Source of the DNA: the human T2T-CHM13v2.0 reference genome, Homo sapiens
Assembly (NCBI RefSeq): GCF_009914755.1
Contig: NC_060947.1
DNA length: 64,000 nucleotides
Strand: one strand, 5' to 3'
Below, piece after piece: positions 57,540 to 64,000 of the stretch. Within the stretch, counting starts at the first letter, position 1. Each line of letters opens with the position of its first letter. A model generated the notes under the pieces. The model was not told the DNA's origin. It did not search any database and saw only the letters and a program-made list of their open reading frames with translations. The position numbers were made by a program, and so were the translations under genes.

Positions 57540-58770
57540 TTCTTTCACAGACCTTAATAATGCCATAAAGGATATAAAAACTGACAAAACTACCAGATTC
57601 TTTTTTTCAGTTCTTATTGGAACAGCATCATTTTTGCACTTCACACAATTTTTCACTTCTTTCTACCTGAAATTCTTTGTTCATTGGGGTATCATGACAC
57701 TACATTCTCTTGGTTCTTCTTATAATTATTTTACATACCTTCTCTTTCTCTTCTGTGGGCTTCCTCAATGGGGCACCTGACATCCTCCCTGTCTCATCAA
57801 TATTCTTGTTTTAGTAGTAACTCTCAAACATATATCTTCAGCCCATACTCAGCTTCACATTCCTATACATGATCACAGAAGCAACCTACTGGAAATCTCT
57901 TCTTGACTGCCCTATAGGTATTCCATCTTTAGAATGTCCAAGACAGAACTAATATCTCAGATCACTTTCCCCTCCCAAGTCAGCTCCCTTTATTTTTTAT
58001 GTTATATGGAGGAGAAACAATTTACTCATTTACCCAAGCTAAAATCCCAGGAATCATTCTTGATATTGCTCTTTTTCTAATCTCCTGTATCTAATCGAGA
58101 ACCTATTTATTAAATATATCTTCTTCTCTCCATCCCCACCTCCACTGCCCTATTTCTGACCTGAGTCATCTCTTCACTGGTCTATTGCCACATCCTCTGA
58201 ATTGCATCCTATCTCTCTTGAATCTGTTTTCTCCATGGTTGCCAGAGTAGTCTATATAAAACATAAATATATAAATATGACCAAGTCACTCCATTTCTTA
58301 AAATCCTTAGATGGCTCTATCTTGGACAGCTTGATTTTTTCCATAATCTGGCTGTTGCCTATCCTTCCCATCTCATCTCCTGTCACCTCTTGCTTTGGTT
58401 TTTAATGCCAGCAATCCAGGTACTTATACATAGTGCTCTATAACTTTGATTGCACTGTCCCTTCTGCCTATAAGGTCGCTTCCGCATTAATGCCTGGCTG
58501 TCGTCCTTTAAAATCTAAACCAGGCGTTATCCTTTCCATATAGTCTTCCTCCCAGCTGCTAGGTATTTCTCTTCACATATCACTGGACACATCTATCATT
58601 GCACTTATCACATTATCTTATTAAATTAACTACACGTTTCTGTTTCTGCTACCAGTCTATGAAAATCTTGGTCATCTTTGCATCCACAAAATCAAGCTAA
58701 TTTTTCTGATCAAAGGATACAACTTGAGCAGCACATTGTGCTCAAAGAAATGTTTGTTGAATAATGAGTT
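57540..58770 (+). mobile_element. L2 remnants
   Basis: Pyrimidine-rich L2-like sequence ('atctccagccc'-like motifs, 'ccaagctaaaatcccaggaatcattcttga') and the tail 'aatgtttgttgaata'. Confidence 0.55.
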
Positions 58771-61519
58771 TATATGCCTGTCATTTATGGCTGACAAGTG
58801 TATTGAAAACTTCCCTGGTGGGCTAGGGCTTTATGTGTTAAGAAAACTAGGTTTCCTAATCTTGGTGGGCTCTGGGATTTTTATTAGATTGTGATTAATG
58901 CAGCAATGAAGGGCCCTGGAAAGAGCCCTATTAAACCCTATTGGGATAACCTCAACTCAAGCCAATTTCTCTTCACTCAGAGAGTATTGCCATATATCTC
59001 GGTCAAGAAAGGACATGGCTGGATTTAATACAGTTTACCCTAGAGGCAGAACAGCAAAGAAAGAATTCTACTAATTTAATTATCCTCTCTGGGTGCTTCT
59101 CCCTGTTAATCTAGAGGGAGATTTGGCCCAGGGCAGTGCACTGAAGGCCCATTTACAGTTAAGGTCTCTGATGATTGGAAGCTTAGACAGATTGCTATCA
59201 AGTGGTTGGGTATATCAGAGGCTTTGGTACTTAATTCATAGCTGTTAGTTGGATTACACTGCAAAGAAATTGTTTCAGAAATTTTGCTGAGATTTCCCTG
59301 GAGCAAGTTTTACATATTGTTCTCGGGAATAATGTGTTTTGTTTACTAGTCTTACCAGAAATGCCTAATTTTTTCTGATCAAGGGGTATAGTTTGGGCAA
59401 GCATAGAACACCAGCTTTTGAAATGATAGAAAAGGTCTGGGCAAAAATAAGTGGAAAAAGGAGGTTCCTATCCTTTCCTCTAGTTTAGATAATGGACTAC
59501 CCTCACAGCTGTTCTGTGTTGTCACTTCTCACTACCCGTTAAAAGACAACAGATAAAAGAGAGAAAATAGTTTGATAAAATATTACTCATTAAAATGGCA
59601 AGAATTCTAAAAATCAAACAGCTATAGCAAAAAATACTAAATCTAAATGAACTGGGAAAATTACCAGAAAGGACTCTACAATACATTTTGTCTAAATGTT
59701 AAGTAACTAAAAATATTAAAATATGTCTTACATGACAAGTCTGAGGTCTGATGCAGAGCAAGCATTTTAGCAGGAAAAAACGCTAAGTGAAGATTATGGC
59801 CCCTATAAGATAGCCTAGGTGGGACAACGTAGGGGTCAGAGATACTAAGCTTGCAGCTCAAGAAGAAACATTCCTATTTTTTACTCCTTTCTTTGGTCCC
59901 AAAGGGACAAAGGCTTGAAGGTCTTTCTTCCAGTGGAACGCTCCCTCCCTATCTGACCTAACCTCTGAAAGTCAGATCCTTTGAGCCACCCAGCTTCTAT
60001 TTAGGAAACCATTTGTAAATTCCATATCTGAAGCTAATTAGACTCACTTCTTTTACTATAAAACCTTAAGAGAATATTTTGATCAAGAGAGTTTTTTAGT
60101 GAAATCTAGAGGGACAAGATTAGAAAAGACCAAACTATAACAACTAGTGCCATAAACTGACGCGAGATTATTTTTAAAATAAAAAGGTCATTTAAAGTGA
60201 TTCATTTTGATATGGGTACAAATATCTCACAAGTTATGTTTCCAATTAATTTAATATTTATACTTTGTCTGCTTCCAAAAAGAATCTAAGGCTGCTTCCA
60301 AAGATCAGTTTTGCTTTTATATCTAGACTATTGAAGTAAGTGTGACATCATACTCTTTATGCATTATGTTTTAGTATGTATTTTATGACAACACACTTTC
60401 TCCTAATCTTTGAGACTGTATTTTGCATTAGGAGAAGGCAAAATTAAGCTGCTAAAGTCTGTATGTAATCACATTACACTACACTTACAAAAATGGAGCC
60501 AGACATTAACATTTTGACTAACAAGCAAAAAAAAAAAAAAAAATAAAACCTAGTTTATTTGAAAAGTTGTGAAAGGAAAAATGCAAGAAAGTTTTAGCTG
60601 AGTCATTTGTAGTTAAGAATAAGAATGAAGGCAATGAAGATTTCATCCTTTTATTTTAGGATTTCCCCCAAATCAAGAATATTTGAAGTAAAAAGCCACT
60701 TATGTTCTGAACAAATTAAATGAAGTAATTAATGCCCATTGTATTGTCAAAATCAAAGGCAAATGCTATGTTTTGTAGGGGAAACCTCAGGGAGAAGGAA
60801 TTAGGGCAAATATTTAAAGCCTTGGTAAAATCTGCTAGATAGTATAACTCCACACCTACATTTTGTTTCAGTCGTTACTAGTTCTTAGATTTATTTTTTT
60901 AAATAATCTCAGGTGATTAGACCAAATGAATTCCTTACTTTAACATAAATAAGAGGAGAACATATATGACTGAATTCTGATCTAGGGTCTTCCTCAAAAT
61001 CTTTCTCTGGGATCTTGTTTTCCCATCTTCTTTGGCACTGGTCTTTTCATGAGACACACATCTGTTTTATTTTTACTGCATCTTGGTCTTTGACATTTGT
61101 TTTGATATTCCACTCATTAAGCAAGCAATATCTCACTTTGAACCTTGCTTGTCCTGCAAGTCCAGCCTCAAGGTGCAGTTTGGTGTGTCACTCAAATTTA
61201 GTCATTTTCTACATTCTCAGAGTTGCTGTTTAGGTTCTGGTCAGGAACACTCAGGGTGACTCTCACACTTTTTTGTAGTTACTTCTGATGAGACATATTC
61301 TGTTAACGCTCAATGGGCTTTCCATCACTCATACTGTTCGTTTTGTAACACTGATACAACTCTTTTTACTAGTTTTAAAAGTTCACGTTCTGGAATCACC
61401 TTAACTTGGTGCATCATTACATCAGACAAATTACCTTTTTAAGCCTTATTCATTAATTTATCCAACATTTATTGCATTATGTGTAATAGGTTTGGAGATA
61501 GGAAGTGAATGTGATAGGT

Positions 61520-61627
61520 AGGGTTTTCTTATCTGTAATATGTGGCTAATGATGAGCTGTTTTGGAGGATAAAACATATGTAACGTACTTAGCACCATGC
61601 TCAATAAATATTCATTGTTATTATTAG
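61520..61627 (+). mobile_element. MIR remnant
   Basis: 'gttttcttatctgtaa..tgtaacgtacttagcac..gctcaataaatatt..ttattatta' matches the MIR core and tail. Confidence 0.6.
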
Positions 61628-61702
61628 CGGTATTATTTTGATAAAATTACTTTTAGCATCTCCCTATAACTGCAGCCCCACAATGTATCCATTACATTTA
61701 AA

Positions 61703-62067
61703 ATATATATATATACACACATATATATACACATATATATACATATATACACATATATACACATATATACACATATATACATATATACACATATATACAC
61801 ATATATATACACATATATACATATATACACATATATACATATATACACATATATACATATATACATATATACACATATATACATATATACACACATATAT
61901 ACACATATATACATATATACACACATATATACATATATACACATATATACACATATATACATATATACACATATATACACATATACATATACATATATAC
62001 ACACATATATACACACTATATATACATATATACACATATATACATATATATACACACACATATATAT

Positions 62068-62104
<37 letters not shown>
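61703..62104 (+). repeat. Compound (TACA/TATACA/TA)n microsatellite, about 400 bp
   Basis: Read directly from the sequence; alternating purine-pyrimidine. Confidence 0.97.
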
Positions 62105-63699
62105 AAGCTACTCCTTCAATTACTGACACTGAAAACGGTCTTTTCTAGAAACATTGATGTAATGTTCTTAGACTCTACTGGAATGTAAGCACTCCAAAAT
62201 ACAATACCTTTCACACCTGGTCAGCCAAGAAAAAATTGTAAGTCACAACCACGATCTGGATTGTGAAAGTAAGGTGTTGTATCTGTGTCCTCTGAATGTA
62301 GGCTTGTCTAGATAATTTTCTAAATGTCTTTCCAAAATTCTGCATATACTTCTAAGTTTGGATAGTTAGAAAAATAAAGAAGCCTAAATACAGGCCATCT
62401 TAAATTTTACTTGTTCGCTATCACTAGCATTGAAATCAGCAGTTAAAAACGTCACAATATTTTAACTACTGTGGTTTCAGCTGTTTGTGTGTGTGTGTGT
62501 GGGGGGGAAGGGTGTCGTCAACTCATGCCGGTTAAAGAACGTGACATTTCTGCATCTTATAAAATTGGACTAGAGAAAATGGGTTACCATAGGAACTGGC
62601 AAAACCTATTGACATTACTGGAATGCTTATTTAAAAAGTTTCTTTTACTTAATGGACCTATTTAAGAATGATAGAGAAAACGCCTATAACGGTGGCAGAG
62701 AGTTAGCATCTACACTCTAGGAATATTTGTCTTTTAAAGTGAAGCCTCATTAGGCAAACTGTATTTTACTAACCGTTGCATAGTAGCCTGTGTATGGTTT
62801 TTGAAGAAAATGAGTTTTGAAAAATCATGTCTACAATTTGTCACTCATTTTAAATCCCATTGTTGCCCTTCGGTTCTTATTAATATATAAGAATATCAAA
62901 CACAAAATGACTTCTCTAAAATAGGTACTTTAGAGGAGTTGGCCCAAAACCTGAAACAGAGCCCTTTAAAATGGTACTTGGGGCAGAACCTGTCTCAGGA
63001 TCACCACAACCAGCAGCTGGCAGGTGACAGCCTCAACGCCTGACTTCCCAGGACCCGCTCATCACCCGGGGAAGATCCGACAGCACTAGCCCTCCTGCCT
63101 CATCATCGCTGCGCTTCTGGCAGGCGGAGCCCCGTTCTCGTCCACGGCAGTCCACACCTCCGTCTCTGCAGGCGTACGCGGGTCTCGGGAATCACCTCCG
63201 GAGCCCACTCAGCAGCGGGGAGGGCGAGGGCGAAAGCGAGAGCCAGGAAAGCCCGGGCTCTCGCTGTAAGCCCCGCGCTCAGTGGTGTCCCCCTCCCCTC
63301 GGTGGTGGGGCCGCGGATACCTCCTCAGCCGCCTCAGCTGTCGGAGTTCAACTGGTGGGCGGCCCGTCCCGCCGTGGCCGCCACCGCCGGGTCCCCTCAG
63401 AGGCCTCACAAAGCCATGCTCCAGCCGCCCGCACCTGATTGACCGACCCCGGGCTCTGGCTCTGCCTCGCGCCGCCACCGCCTCCGCCGCCGCGCACGCG
63501 CACTTCGCGCGCCTCTGTTCCCGGACGGCCCCCAGAGCGGGAACGCCAGGCTGCGAGCTGCTGGCACCTGTCTGCCTGCCAGACAGACCCTGGGCTCCGG
63601 CCTCGTGCCGGCACGCGCACGCGCACGCGCCTCGCGCGCCTGCCGTCGGCCCTGGGGGCGGGACCGCGCGGCAGCGAGCGGGCGGGGGGCTCGTGGCGC

Positions 63700-63931
63700 G
63701 CGCGCCCCGCACCCGAGGGCTGCGGAGAGATATTTTGGGTGGCAGGAGGCCCCTCGTCATTTCCGCCGGGCAGCTAGTCGTGCTCGGGGCTTCACTCCCG
63801 CGCGTGAGGCGAGCGGGCAAGTTGGCTGAGGGCGTGCGGCAGAGGCTGCTTCCCTCGGCGACGCGACCCCTCAGCAACTCAAGCTATGAACTGAAGCTCC
63901 CTAGGGACGGAGACCGGAGCGGAGCGGCGGA

Positions 63932-63971
<40 letters not shown>

Positions 63972-64000
63972 GCCGCCGCCGCCGCCGCCTTAGCGGGAAC
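63700..64000 (+). other. CNKSR2: Probable 5' UTR / first exon of CNKSR2 (start coordinate is a guess; the CDS would lie beyond the window)
   Basis: GGAGCGGCGGAGG(CAG)n(CCG)nCCTTAGCGGGAAC matches my recollection of the CNKSR2 mRNA leader. The very high L1 density fits chrX. Not verified by alignment. Confidence 0.6.
63934..63987 (+). repeat. (CAG)12(CCG)6 compound triplet repeat
   Basis: Read directly from the sequence. Confidence 0.97.

Larger units (their letters stand above)
63050..64000. promoter_or_regulatory. CpG island / gene promoter
   Basis: Abrupt rise in GC and CpG content. GC boxes (GGGCGG) and NRF1-like CGCGCACGCGCA motifs at 63491-63502 and 63614-63625. Confidence 0.92.

Noticed and set aside
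61633-62105. Overlapping 100-155 aa ORFs rich in Y/I/H/T/C/V/M
   Set aside because: These are translations of the TA/CA microsatellite, which lacks stop codons.
63209-63877. 222-aa and other ORFs in the CpG island
   Set aside because: Stop-poor GC-rich DNA, low-complexity R/G/A/P composition and no recognisable domain.
63934-63987. Coding polyQ/polyP tract as in HTT exon 1
   Set aside because: No upstream ATG opens a frame into it (the nearest ATG stops after two codons), and the flanks do not encode MATLEKL.

Overview
Primate (most likely human or great-ape) intergenic DNA. About 60 kb is a stack of nested retroelements, followed by a CpG island that ends in a (CAG)12(CCG)6 tract. I recall that tract as the 5' UTR of the X-linked gene CNKSR2; this is unverified and no coding exon lies in the window. 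The elements include old ERVL and MaLR remnants, a THE1 provirus, and solo LTRs (MLT2A, MER11, THE1A). There are also several L1 generations (L1M > L1MA > L1PA16-like > L1PA3), two twin-primed 5'-inverted L1s, and seven Alus. No host protein-coding gene, RNA gene or CRISPR array is visible. The strongest candidate for something undescribed is a 1125-bp L1PA3-type insertion at 19981-21105. It holds only an intact 338-aa ORF1, inserted antisense to its own poly(A) tail. It shares several non-consensus variants with the full-length L1PA3 8.8 kb away, whose ORF1 is dead. The two form a long inverted repeat, and the intact ORF1 lies in sense downstream of the neighbour's antisense promoter. Subfamily names come from remembered consensus sequences and need RepeatMasker/Dfam confirmation.
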